This document shows, one piece after another, positions 48,335-57,252 of a DNA stretch of 64,000 bases (position 1 is its first letter; every line of letters begins with the position of its first letter). The translations under genes and the position numbers were made by a program. The DNA is taken from assembly GCA_963795775.1 (NCBI GenBank), contig CAWCJL010000007.1, forward strand, positions 4 through 64,003. The letters are read 5' to 3'. The notes beneath the pieces are model-generated. The model was not told the origin of the DNA, did not search any database, and was given only the letters and a program-made list of their open reading frames with translations. The stretch comes from an uncultured Acidobacteriaceae bacterium (lineage in GTDB: Bacteria; Acidobacteriota; Terriglobia; Terriglobales; Acidobacteriaceae).

Positions 48335-49108
48335 TTAGCGGTCCACAGAGAAACCGGCGCGCCGATTCTGCTGGTAGCAGCTCTCGTCGTGCTCGGTGCA
48401 GAACTGCTTTTCCTTCCCGTAGCTCACGGTGCGGATGCGGTCCGCGTTGACGCCAGCGGTGATCAGGGCCTGCTTGGCCGCATTCGCGCGGTTCTCACCC
48501 AGCGCCAGGTTGTACTCGGTCGAGCCGCGCTCGTCGCAGTAGCCGCCGATGAGAATGCGCAACCGCGGGTGCGAGGCAAGGAAAGCCGCATCCTTCGTGA
48601 TGATGGTCTGCGACGGCCCGTTGATATCGTAGCTGTCGTAGTCAAAGAAGATGTCCTGGACGTTGCTGTGGAAGGCTGCGTCGTCCATCTGCTCGCCACC
48701 CTGGTCGGCGGTGGACGAGGCTCCGGTGGTGTTCACGGTCACGCGAGCGGTCGCGTCGGTAGAACCGCCCAGGCCCCGTGCGATGAGGTGGTAGTCGGTG
48801 GACTGCGGCGGTGTAACCGTCTGCGTTCCCGAGGAGGGCACGGCGCCGATGCCGTCAATCGAGACATCTGTCGCATCGGTGGTGTGCCAGCTCAGAACGG
48901 CCTTCTCGCCCGCATTGATCGCTGGCGGCGTCGCAGTCAGCGTCGCTGTGGGGGCCGGCGTGGTTTCAGGCGGCGGTGGCGGCGGCGGCGGAGCGGCCTT
49001 CTTGTGGCAGCCGGTAGCGGCGAGAAGAGCAAGAACAGCAAGCGCGCCAGCCAATCGGCGTGGTGCGGGGGAGCGATGCTGGAAAACGTTCACGGGAGAG
49101 TTCCTCAA
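48335..49108 (-). CDS. pal: Peptidoglycan-associated lipoprotein Pal (OmpA-like) with extra Ig-like module
   Basis: Has the lipobox LLAATGC. The OmpA-like C-terminus reads IFFDYDSYDI...GYCDERGSTEYNLALGENRANAAKQAL. An inserted beta-rich segment reads TLTATPPAINAGEKAVLSWHTTDATDVSIDG. Confidence 0.85.
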   Translation of the reverse strand: MRNSPVNVFQHRSPAPRRLAGALAVLALLAATGCHKKAAPPPPPPPPETTPAPTATLTATPPAINAGEKAVLSWHTTDATDVSIDGIGAVPSSGTQTVTPPQSTDYHLIARGLGGSTDATARVTVNTTGASSTADQGGEQMDDAAFHSNVQDIFFDYDSYDINGPSQTIITKDAAFLASHPRLRILIGGYCDERGSTEYNLALGENRANAAKQALITAGVNADRIRTVSYGKEKQFCTEHDESCYQQNRRAGFSVDR

Positions 49109-49247
49109 TCAGAAAATTGGGTGCGTCGATTGCAAACAAAACGAAAAGCGGATCCCTCGACGACGCTCGGGATGACAACTGTTGCGCTTGGGACGACAAC
49201 TGTTGCGCTCGGGAAGACGGCGGTACGGCAGGACAAAGCGGCAGCCA

Positions 49248-50636
49248 CTACTTCCAGCTCCAGTTCGGCATGAAGTTGTTGCTGCCATGCGTGAGCTGTT
49301 GCTGTTGTGTGCCGTCGGCGAGCATGCTCCAGATTTCCGAGTGGTGCCCTTGCTCGCGCTCGAAGACGATGTGGCGGCCATCCGGTGCCCAGGACGGGAA
49401 ATCGTTGCGGCCGGACTCATGCGTGAGTTGAACCCAGCGCCGGCTGGCAATATCCATCACGTAGATATCCTGGCCGCCGGGGGCGCCCGGTCCGTACTTG
49501 CGATCCCAGGCGAACACCAGGAACTGCCCGTTGGGGGACCATGAGGGCGAGGTCGCATAGCCGCCGTCGGTCAGGCGCTGCACGTTGGCCCCGTCGGATT
49601 CCATGATGTAGATCTGCGGCAGGCCGGTACGTCCGCTCACCCACGCGAGCTGCGCGTTCGACTTCGGATTCCAGCAGGGAGAAACGTCCGGCCCCTTGAA
49701 GGTAGTCACGCGATGCGCACCGCCGCCGCTCGCGTCGGAGACCCAGATTTCCGGATCCCCGGATTTGTCCGAGGAGTAGGCGAGATGCATGCCGTCACTC
49801 GACCACGCGGGCGAGAGCGTAGTGCCTCCGGGTGAAGGGAAGCTCACCATGCGCCCAAGCACCAGCGAGTACATGCGGATGGACCAGCCATTCCTACCCA
49901 GCGAGGCGAAAGCGACACGGCTGTTGTCCGGCGAGACGCGCGGCGAAAGCGAAATCTGCCCGAGATGCGTGATCGGATGCTGGCCCTGTCCGTCGTAGTC
50001 CATGGCCCAGATCTCCTTGTTGCCGGAGCGCGAGGAGACGAAATAAATCTTGGTTTCCGCGATGCCGTTGATGCCACCGCCCAGGCGAAGGATGATCTCG
50101 TCGGCAAAGCGGTGCGCGATCATGCGGGCATTGTCCTGTGTGGCGGCCTCGCTGTACTGCTTGCCCAGAACCGGCGGCGCACTTGCATCTTTGGCGTCTA
50201 CCAGAAAGCCGGAGACGGCAAGCTGACCCCCATTCACTCCCAGGGAGCCGAGCGCGACCATGGCGGCGCTGGCGGGCGGCGAGGACCACTGGCTCAGATT
50301 CGCTTCCTGCGGCGTGCCGGGCGTGGCCGGAGGCGCCATGCTCTTTGAGACCATGTCGAAGATGCCGGCATTACTGAGATCATTGAAGAGCGTGGTATCG
50401 AAGGTGGTTTTCAGACCCGGAGTCTGCGGGTCGGCGGAGTTGGCTTTGAAGTCCGCGGCCGCGAGACGGATCTTTTCGACCCCGAGATTGGTGCCGGTGC
50501 GAACCCAGTCCTGCGCACGGGCGGAACTTACCGCGAGCAGCAGAACAAGGGCTACGAGTCCGGTAAGCGGGAGGAAGCGGGGGAGCGCGGGTTTGGTCTG
50601 TCTCATTGGCTCATCGAGGCGGCGTGCCATGCTCAA
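49248..50636 (-). CDS. tolB: Tol-Pal system beta-propeller protein TolB
   Basis: Has a signal peptide and repeated WD-like PD40 motifs (SPRVSPDNSRVAF, SPAWSSDGMHLAY, SPCWNPKSNAQLAW, SPSWSPNGQFLVF, FPSWAPDGRHIVF). Confidence 0.9.
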   Translation of the reverse strand: MSMARRLDEPMRQTKPALPRFLPLTGLVALVLLLAVSSARAQDWVRTGTNLGVEKIRLAAADFKANSADPQTPGLKTTFDTTLFNDLSNAGIFDMVSKSMAPPATPGTPQEANLSQWSSPPASAAMVALGSLGVNGGQLAVSGFLVDAKDASAPPVLGKQYSEAATQDNARMIAHRFADEIILRLGGGINGIAETKIYFVSSRSGNKEIWAMDYDGQGQHPITHLGQISLSPRVSPDNSRVAFASLGRNGWSIRMYSLVLGRMVSFPSPGGTTLSPAWSSDGMHLAYSSDKSGDPEIWVSDASGGGAHRVTTFKGPDVSPCWNPKSNAQLAWVSGRTGLPQIYIMESDGANVQRLTDGGYATSPSWSPNGQFLVFAWDRKYGPGAPGGQDIYVMDIASRRWVQLTHESGRNDFPSWAPDGRHIVFEREQGHHSEIWSMLADGTQQQQLTHGSNNFMPNWSWK

Positions 50637-51460
50637 CGGCCGCTCTGGTCGTAGGTAAAAGTGTACGCCACGGAAAGGCTCGATCCGTTGTAGCCCGGAG
50701 GCAGGGGACCAAAACTCTCAACCCTCTGCACAGCGCGGCGAGCGGAGGTATCGAGAGTCGAGGAGCCGGACGAAGCCGCCACCTGCACATTGCTGGGAGA
50801 GCCGTCGCGCGCGATATTAAATGTAACCGTCACCTGGCGTCCTTTGGGCGTGCTGGGGTCCACTTCCTGGATGTACCAGTTCTCGCGTACCTTGCGCGTA
50901 ATCACGTCCACATACCAGGGAAAGCGGAAACCGGAGCCGCCGGCCACCTGCACAGGATTGGCAGGCCCGGCGGCCTGCGCCATCGAGCGCGGCTGGCTCG
51001 CAGGCGTCTGTTCGCCATAATTGGCGCGGTGCTGCTGCGGCGGCTGCTGCGGCTGGGGATGTTTCTGCTCCTGCTCCGGTTGTGGTTTGGGCGGCAAAGG
51101 TTTCGGTTTGGCAGGCTGTTTTACCGGAATCGGAATAGCCTTCAGGTCCGGCGCGGGCAGCGTCTGCTGCTTCTCGATAGCGGGCGCGGGACTTGGGTTC
51201 TCGGTCGCCAGCACATTGTCCGACGGCTTCTGCACCTGCGGAAGCGGGATGGATGGCGCAGCGCTGACCAGTGTGGCTTGGACAGCGCCCTGCAGTCCCT
51301 GGCCCCACTCCGAGCCGTGATTGCGGCCATGCAGCCACAGCGAAACCGCCAGCGCGGCGCCGATCAGGATGTGGAGTGTGATCGAGCTGGCGAAAGGCGC
51401 GCCAAGCGGGTCCCTCTGATCAAGGATCGTCTCGTCGGTACCGGAAGCGTAGCGGGGCAT
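50633..51460 (-). CDS. TolA-like / TonB-family energy transducer
   Basis: Has an N-terminal TM segment, a Pro/Gln/Lys-rich linker (KPKPLPPKPQPEQEQKHPQPQQPPQQ) and a TonB-C-like domain (WYVDVITRKVRENWY...VTVTFNIARDGSPSNVQV). Positioned between tolR and tolB. Confidence 0.75.
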   Translation of the reverse strand: MPRYASGTDETILDQRDPLGAPFASSITLHILIGAALAVSLWLHGRNHGSEWGQGLQGAVQATLVSAAPSIPLPQVQKPSDNVLATENPSPAPAIEKQQTLPAPDLKAIPIPVKQPAKPKPLPPKPQPEQEQKHPQPQQPPQQHRANYGEQTPASQPRSMAQAAGPANPVQVAGGSGFRFPWYVDVITRKVRENWYIQEVDPSTPKGRQVTVTFNIARDGSPSNVQVAASSGSSTLDTSARRAVQRVESFGPLPPGYNGSSLSVAYTFTYDQSGR

Positions 51461-51472
51461 GGCGGGAGCGGT

Positions 51473-51904
51473 CTACCTCGCGCCGGACGCAGCATTGGCG
51501 AGTGGCTGCGTGACGATCGAGATATTGGTGATGCCGGCCTGCTTGACCGCATCCATCACAGACGCGAAGGCCCCAAAGGGCACGCGCTCGTCCGCACGCA
51601 GATAGACGACCTGCTTGGCAGAATCGGTGTTCGGCTGGCGCAGGCGCGCGGGCAGCTCCGTCAAGTTGATCGGCTGATCGCCGAGGAAGACGCGCTGGTC
51701 GCGGTCAATGGTGATGACCTGCCGCTGCTCGGTGATCTCGCGCACGGTGCGCGTTTTAGGCACTGCAACGTCAATGCCGGACTGGAGCACCGGCGCCGTG
51801 AGCATGAAAATGACGAGCAGCACCAGCACCACGTCCACCAGCGGGGTAATGTTGATCTCCGCCAGTGAGGTGTGGGTGCGGCCGCCTGCGCTAGTAAACG
51901 CCAC
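51473..51904 (-). CDS. tolR: TolR/ExbD-family protein
   Basis: Contains LAEINITPLVDVVLVLLVIFMLTAP followed by an ExbD-like periplasmic domain. Confidence 0.85.
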   Translation of the reverse strand: MAFTSAGGRTHTSLAEINITPLVDVVLVLLVIFMLTAPVLQSGIDVAVPKTRTVREITEQRQVITIDRDQRVFLGDQPINLTELPARLRQPNTDSAKQVVYLRADERVPFGAFASVMDAVKQAGITNISIVTQPLANAASGAR

Positions 51905-52754
51905 GACCGGGCTCCCGGGCGGCTTCGCGGGCTACAGGTTCGCGGCCCTCGGTGCGGTATTCGCGGCTGGGATCGCGCTGCAGTTCGCGCTCCATCGGAT
52001 CCTGGTTGGGGCGCAGCGTGATCTCTTCCATGCTGTTGAGCAGCTCGCGGGCGAAGTCGTCCATGCGCGAAGCGAACTCGCGCACACGCGCGGTGAACTG
52101 GTTGTAAGCCACCACGGCCGGAATGGCGACCACCAGGCCTGCGGCGGTGGTGATGAGGGCTTCCGAAACGCCGGGCGCGACAGCGCGCAGCGTGGCAGCC
52201 CCAGCAGTGCCCAGGCCGTGAAAGGCGTCCACAATGCCCATAATGGTGCCGAAGAGACCAACGAACGGCGAAATAGCGCCGATGGTGGCCAGCCAGGTGA
52301 GCCGCTGCTCCATCACCGTCAGCGATTCGCTTGCGGCCGACTGCGCGGTGCGTTCGAGCGCGGTGATGTTGCGCGGCGGCCCGTACCCCCCGGTCTGGCG
52401 GCGATATGTCTCGTAGACCTCGTCGAAGACATTGACCAGCGGGCTGGGCTTGAACTGCTCGGATACGGCCGCGATCTCCTGCAAGCGCGTGGCCTTGCGG
52501 AAGGCGCGGAGAAAGCGGCGGCTCTGCGCCTGCGCGCGTCGGAAGCCCGACCACTTGCCGAGGATGATCGCCCAGGAGAAGAGGCTGGCAATCACGAGAA
52601 TGCCGAGCACTGTCAGCGCGACAGGGCCGCTGTTGCGCAGCATCTCCATGATGGCATTGGTGTCCGTCGCAGGCGGAGGCCCAGCGGCGGCGGCATCGTC
52701 TGCCTGAAAAAAGACGAGGGCGAGGGTATGCAGGAGGAGGGTCATAGAAGGCAC
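51891..52754 (-). CDS. tolQ: TolQ/ExbB (MotA/TolQ/ExbB proton channel) protein
   Basis: Contains LATIGAISPFVGLFGTIMGIVDAFHGL and EALITTAAGLVVAIPAVVAYN. It has a C-terminal hydrophilic extension. Confidence 0.85.
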   Translation of the reverse strand: MPSMTLLLHTLALVFFQADDAAAAGPPPATDTNAIMEMLRNSGPVALTVLGILVIASLFSWAIILGKWSGFRRAQAQSRRFLRAFRKATRLQEIAAVSEQFKPSPLVNVFDEVYETYRRQTGGYGPPRNITALERTAQSAASESLTVMEQRLTWLATIGAISPFVGLFGTIMGIVDAFHGLGTAGAATLRAVAPGVSEALITTAAGLVVAIPAVVAYNQFTARVREFASRMDDFARELLNSMEEITLRPNQDPMERELQRDPSREYRTEGREPVAREAAREPGRGVY

Positions 52755-52799
52755 TTCGGGGGCTCGTGCTAAGAGGGTAGCAGGAAGGGCCGCCTGATT

Positions 52800-53438
52800 C
52801 TAGCGCGAGGACGTTAGCTTCTTAGTTACCCGCCACATTGGCCTCGCGCAGCGTCGCATGTGAGGTCCGGGAATGGCGGGCGTCTCCGCTTCGTCTTCCA
52901 GCTTCCTGAGGAACGTCGACACCGCTGGCCCTGACCAGTCCGCGCGTCCCGCGCGTTCCAGGGCTACGGTGCCGTCTTTGGCAAAAATCAGCGTGGTGGG
53001 GAAGAAGCCAGATGAAAGGAGGCCGGAATATCTCCCGGCTCCGTGCAGTACAAAGGGAACTGCAGGTGTTGCTTTTCCCCGAACGCACGAACCCGTTCGG
53101 GCGTATCTCGCACACTGCCAGCACGAATACCAGCTTCGGATCATCCCGGTGCCGTGCCATGAGCTTCTGGATTGAGGGCACTTCTGCGACGCAGGGCGGA
53201 CACCCGTGCCCCACAGGTTGACGAAGACCACCTTGCCCCGTAATGCGGACAGGTGCAGCACTTTGCCGTCGAGCGTGCGGTAGGTCATATCGTCCAGCCG
53301 CAGGTGTTCGCGGTGCAGCCACGGCCTTTGCATCAGTGTGGCCACACGCGGCAATTGCCGCCAGAATGCGAGCGAAAGCCCGAAATAGAGAAGGGCCGCG
53401 ACTGCGCCGAGAACGATGCCGGTCCGATACCGCTGCAA
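52800..53438 (-). pseudogene. TlpA/ResA-like membrane-anchored thioredoxin-fold protein, three frameshifts
   Basis: Frame A reads (TTG 53438) QRYRTGIVLGAVAALLYFGLS...GKVVFVNLWGT. Frame B reads CPPCVAEVPSIQKLMARHRDDPKLVFVLAV. Frame C reads RDTPERVRAFGEKQHLQFPLYCTEPGDIPASFHLAS. Frame A then resumes with FPTTLIFAKDGTVALERAGRADW. The shifts are near 53204, 53110 and 53003. Confidence 0.7.
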
Positions 53439-53475
53439 AGTTTGTCTCCTGCCCCGGTGGCCAGCCGCCCTTATG

Positions 53476-54636
53476 CTGAAACAAGAGCGGCGCGAAGCTG
53501 ACCAGGTTGCCGCGCCAGACCGGCCATTCATGCCGGCCCTCGGTTTCGATCGGCGTCACGTGCACGCCCTGCTGCTGCAGCCACGCGATGAAGTGCTGGT
53601 TCGGCGTGAGGAGTTGGTCCTGCTTTCCGCACGCAATCCAGAGCAGTTGCAGCTTTTGGTTCGCGCTTGCGTTCAGCCCGGGAAAGAGCTGCGCGTAGTC
53701 CATATCCTGCACCGCGGAGCTGAAGGCGCCGATGTAGGAGAACTCATCCAGGTGGTTCAACCCGGTCAAAAGAGTCTCGCCGCCGCCCATCGAGAGCCCG
53801 GCAATGGCGTGGTCTTCGCGCTTCTGCGAGATGGGGTAGAGCTTTTCCACCTGCGGTTTGACCTCGGTCAGCAGCGCCTCGGTGAACTGGCTGTAATTGC
53901 GCAGGATGGTGGCGCGGTCCTGCCATACCGTCCACCCGCGCGTGATCACGTCCATGGTCCCGTAGCCGAGCGGCATCACCACAATCATGGGCTTCGCCTT
54001 CCCCTGCGCGATCAGGTTGTCGAGGATGATGTTGGCCTTGCCGTGCACGGTCCACACGCTCGCGTCGTCGCTATAGCCGTGGAGCAGGTAGAGCACGGGG
54101 TACTTCGCCTTGGGATCGTAGTTGGGCGGCGTGTACACGTAGAAGTCGCTGGGAATGCCGACCACGGCGGAGTGGTAGAAGTGGTGGTGGACGACCCCGT
54201 GTGGCACATCGGCGATCTCCCACGGCATCGGCGTCTTTCCGGGTACGTGGAGCACATTGCCCACGCGGAAAAAGCTCGTCTTCACCGTGACGTTGGCCGG
54301 GTCCAGCGCATGCACGCCATCCACGCTGAAGGAATACTCGTATAGCTCCGGCGCCAAGGCTGCGGAAGTCGCCGACCAGACGCCATCCTCGCCACGCGAC
54401 ATGGGAGCGGGCGCGGCGGCGCCTTCAAGGTCCAGCAGCACGCTCTTCGCGTTCGGAGCAGGGAAGCGGAACGTGACCGTGCCGTCGGGCTGGATTTCAG
54501 GCCCGTGCGTCTCCGGAGCCTTGGGCGGGGTGGGCGGCACGGGGGCCGCAGGTTTCGCGGTCTGTTGCGCCATGGCAAAAAGCGAAGTTGTAGCCAGCAG
54601 GAAAGTGCAGGAAAGGGTCCGCGTGCGCGCTGTCAT
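53476..54636 (-). CDS. Secreted esterase (esterase D/enterochelin-esterase-like, PF00756-type) with N-terminal E-set/CBM48-like domain
   Basis: Has a signal peptide (MTARTRTLSCTFLLATTSLFAMAQQ). Contains DGTVTFRFPAPNAKSVLLDLEG...YEYSFSVDG, YPVLYLLHG and AIAGLSMGGGETL. Recognisable similarity ends at ...FAPLLFQ (about 53476), but the frame stays open to 52822, so the 3' end is unresolved. Confidence 0.7.
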
Positions 54637-54660
54637 GATCGCCAACAGTGTACAGGCGCA

Positions 54661-54690
54661 AACGAGAAACGGCAGGCCGAAGCCCGCCGT
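54661..54690 (-). terminator. Intrinsic terminator after secG
   Basis: The minus strand reads ACGGCGGGC-TTCG-GCCTGCCGT, a 9-bp stem with one G-U pair and a UUCG loop. It is followed by TTCTCGTT and lies 34 nt downstream of the secG stop. Confidence 0.65.
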
Positions 54691-54724
54691 ATCTTGCGCT
54701 GAATGAAAGAGGCTGTGCCGCGAA

Positions 54725-55027
54725 TTACTTGACCGGCTTCCCGGTGTGCGCCGGGGCTGCCGTCTTGGTGCCTTCGAGCACGGAGTGCGGTCCCGCATGG
54801 CGCCCGATCAGCACAAACAGGCTGATGGAGGTGATCATGAAGATCACCGCCGCCCACGTGGTGAGCTTGGTCAGCAGGTTGGCCGCGCCGCGCGGACCGA
54901 AGGCCGTCTGCGAACCCTGGCCGCCAAAGGCGCCGGCGAGGTCTGCGCTCTTGCCCTGCTGCAGCAGAATGACGCCGATAAGGAAGATGCAAACGATAAC
55001 GTGAATCACGGTGAACAGGTAGATCAT
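54725..55027 (-). CDS. secG: Preprotein translocase subunit SecG
   Basis: Starts MIYLFTVIHVIVCIFLIGVILLQQGKSADLAGAFGG. Has two TM segments. 100 aa. Confidence 0.85.
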   Translation of the reverse strand: MIYLFTVIHVIVCIFLIGVILLQQGKSADLAGAFGGQGSQTAFGPRGAANLLTKLTTWAAVIFMITSISLFVLIGRHAGPHSVLEGTKTAAPAHTGKPVK

Positions 55028-55097
55028 GTGCTGCTTTCCGCTTTTGGAAGCTTGTGCCGGGCCGGATCAGCGGCCAGGAAAATGGGTTGGATCGGTT

Positions 55098-55182
55098 TGG
55101 TGCGGAAGGGGGGACTTGAACCCCCATGCCTCTCGGCGCCACCCCCTCAAGATGGTGTGTCTGCCAATTTCACCACTTCCGC
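55098..55182 (-). tRNA. tRNA-Leu (anticodon GAG), CCA encoded
   Basis: The minus strand reads GCGGAAGTGGTGAAATTGGCAGACACACCATCTTGAGGGGGTGGCGCCGAGAGGCATGGGGGTTCAAGTCCCCCCTTCCGCACCA. It has a 7-bp acceptor stem, the anticodon loop TTGAGGG, a long variable arm and the T-loop GGTTCAAGT. Confidence 0.9.
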
Positions 55183-55276
55183 ACACAGGGTGATCCGAGG
55201 CTGAGTATAACAAACCGAGACAGAGAGAGAAAGCATCGGCACGAGCGAAGGGTCGTCTCCGCCCTGATCTGAGTTG

Positions 55277-55789
55277 CTATGCAACGCGCCTGGATTCAAA
55301 TGAGAATAGGCGCCAGTATTTGCCGAGTTTTTCGACGCGAACTGAATCGATCGCCTCACCCGTAAATCCGGTGATGGCGTGCTCCCAAAATCGCTGCGCC
55401 GATCGGTTCGACTCCATTACGCGAATCTCCCATCGGCCGGGAAATCGCCTCCATACTTTACGCGCTATCTCCGTTCCAACCCCGCGCCTCCGGTACCCAC
55501 GAACAACAAAGAACTCGGCTATGTCCCAGACGATCTCTTCGCCGGAGATTTCCGACCCCCTCTTCACCAGGATCAACCCTGCGAGTTTGCCATCTATCCT
55601 GACAAGAAACGGGTATCGGCCACGCTGGAGCCAATAAAGCGGAAGATCCCTGTAGCCGAATCTGCCATCCGGGCCTAGGTCTATATTGTGGAACTCGCTG
55701 AAGTCATGCGCGTACAGTTCAAGCAGATTCGCCAGGATCGGCTGTTGCTCCTGCGTGGCGGGAATCACTTCGATATGCGCCGATGGCAT
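55277..55789 (-). CDS. GNAT-family N-acetyltransferase
   Basis: Contains FFVVRGYRRRGVGTEIARKVW, the acetyl-CoA binding motif R/Q-x-x-G-x-G/A. 170 aa. Confidence 0.75.
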   Translation of the reverse strand: MPSAHIEVIPATQEQQPILANLLELYAHDFSEFHNIDLGPDGRFGYRDLPLYWLQRGRYPFLVRIDGKLAGLILVKRGSEISGEEIVWDIAEFFVVRGYRRRGVGTEIARKVWRRFPGRWEIRVMESNRSAQRFWEHAITGFTGEAIDSVRVEKLGKYWRLFSFESRRVA

Positions 55790-55834
55790 CTCTGCGTCTC
55801 TCCTCCGAGTCTCCGTGCACAGATTCGAGGGTCC

Positions 55835-56557
55835 CTAGAAGTACTCAATCAACTCACGGAATGATCTCACTTCGATGAACTGTTGCGGCCCACTCGGCGC
55901 CTTGAGTTCCTCATGCTCCAGCACCCAGGTGTTCGGATGGCGCACCAGTACAGCATGGAGGCCGGCAGCGAGCGCCGGGTTGATGTCGGACTTCGGGCTG
56001 TTGCCGATCATCCAGGTCGCCCCGGGGTCGAGGCTATAGCGCTGCGCGATGTCGCGATAGGCCTCGGCGTGTTTCTCCGCCGGGATCTCGACTGCGGAGA
56101 AGTGCAGGCCCATGCCGGAGCGCGCGAGCTTGTCCTGCTGTTCCTCTGCGTGCCCCTTGGTGACCAGGATCAGCCGGTGGCGCGCGGCAAGCTGGGGCAG
56201 CGTGTCGGCCACGCCCGCGAGCAGCTCAATCTCCTGGTCGGATATGAGCTTCGCGAAGTCGGCTACCCGCGCGCGCTGGACCTCCGTCAGCGGATGATAG
56301 CTGACCCGCTCATAGCAGGAGAGCAGCGAACGCTGGAAGCTGCGCAGTCCATAGCCGTACTGGCGGACAGTTTCGCGCTCACAGTCATTGAGCATGTTGC
56401 GCAGCTCCGCCGCCGTGTGCTGCTCATGGTTGAGATAGGTGAAAAATGCCGCGATCGCCTGCTCGAAATAAATGTTGTTTTCCCACAACGTATCGTCGGC
56501 GTCGATCAGAAGTGTCTGCCCTCTGCGTGGGGGCGTGGTCCCGTTTGCTGCGTTCAC
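55835..56557 (-). CDS. HAD-superfamily hydrolase (subfamily IA-like)
   Basis: Contains motif I LLIDADDTLW, motif II ILVTKG and motif III/IV MIGNSPKSDINPA. Confidence 0.75.
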   Translation of the reverse strand: MNAANGTTPPRRGQTLLIDADDTLWENNIYFEQAIAAFFTYLNHEQHTAAELRNMLNDCERETVRQYGYGLRSFQRSLLSCYERVSYHPLTEVQRARVADFAKLISDQEIELLAGVADTLPQLAARHRLILVTKGHAEEQQDKLARSGMGLHFSAVEIPAEKHAEAYRDIAQRYSLDPGATWMIGNSPKSDINPALAAGLHAVLVRHPNTWVLEHEELKAPSGPQQFIEVRSFRELIEYF

Positions 56558-56572
56558 GATTACGAGTATCGC

Positions 56573-56920
56573 TCAGGAATGCGTGCCGGTGGCGCCCTTG
56601 CGCCGGGCTTTCGTGCCGGAAGCCGGACGCCCGCTGGCGGCCACATCCTGACCACCCCGGGACAGCGCCGTGCCGCTCCGTGCCACCTTGGGGCCGGTGG
56701 ATCCCGCTCGGTTCTTGCCGCCCTGTGCCGCAACCCTGACCCTGTACACCACTTCAAGCCCCACCTTTTCAAGCAGTAGCGGGCTGGGTTCCTTTTCGCC
56801 GCGCAGAACGGCGTAGATGTACTGCGGCGACATCTCCACCTGCTGGGCGAAATCGCGCACCGATCCGCCGATGGCGAACTTCAGCCACACCCTGATTTCT
56901 GACGGCAATACGATCTGCAT
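56573..56920 (-). CDS. XRE/Cro-like HTH regulator with basic C-terminal tail
   Basis: Starts at ATG 56920. Contains SVRDFAQQVEMSPQYIYAVLRGEKEPS, a helix-turn-helix pattern. It is divergent from recT across a 330-bp region that contains a palindrome. Confidence 0.55.
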   Translation of the reverse strand: MQIVLPSEIRVWLKFAIGGSVRDFAQQVEMSPQYIYAVLRGEKEPSPLLLEKVGLEVVYRVRVAAQGGKNRAGSTGPKVARSGTALSRGGQDVAASGRPASGTKARRKGATGTHS

Positions 56921-57011
56921 TTGTTCCAACCTAGGAAAGTCGCGAGCCCCTGTCAAGCGACAGAATAAACCCTTTCTCTTCTGCAACTTGCAGCCAACCG
57001 CGAGGCTTAAC

Positions 57012-57031
57012 TGTAAACCGTTTGGTTTACA
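57012..57031. promoter_or_regulatory. Candidate operator: perfect palindrome TGTAAACC-GTTT-GGTTTACA
   Basis: An 8+8 inverted repeat sits in the divergent HTH/recT intergenic region. A related half-site, TGTTTACA, occurs at 57156-57163. Confidence 0.45.
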
Positions 57032-57252
57032 CTAAAGAAGTAGGAAAAAGCAGAAGAAAGCCGAAAAAGACCGCCGAAAACAGGCGGAAACAAGGGTCTT
57101 CCGGCGGGCCAAAACGGGCCGGAATCGGGGCATGCCGACAGCCTCTGGACCGATCTGTTTACAGCAGCAACCGGCCGCGTTACGGATGACTTTTTCCGGA
57201 CGCGGCGGCAGGAATAACCGGAGGCCGCGAGGTCTCCACAGGAGAAGTACGC

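Noticed and set aside
47834-49273. 479-aa plus-strand ORF, and similarly 50606..51868 (420 aa) and 51708..52772 (354 aa)
   Set aside because: They are antisense to the cpoB/pal/tolB and tolA-like/tolR/tolQ genes, which have clear family motifs and operon logic.
52822-54798. 658-aa minus-strand ORF taken at face value as one protein
   Set aside because: It is a read-through chimera. The esterase occupies about 54636-53476, followed by non-homologous sequence. The remainder coincides with one of the three frames of the TlpA-like pseudogene. The N-terminal 54 codons also overlap the secG terminator.
55098-55182. tRNA-Leu as the integration site (att) of the recT island
   Set aside because: The island lies on the 5' side of the tRNA, separated from it by GNAT and HAD genes. 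I found no direct repeat of the tRNA 3' end near 60000-60730, and no integrase is present.
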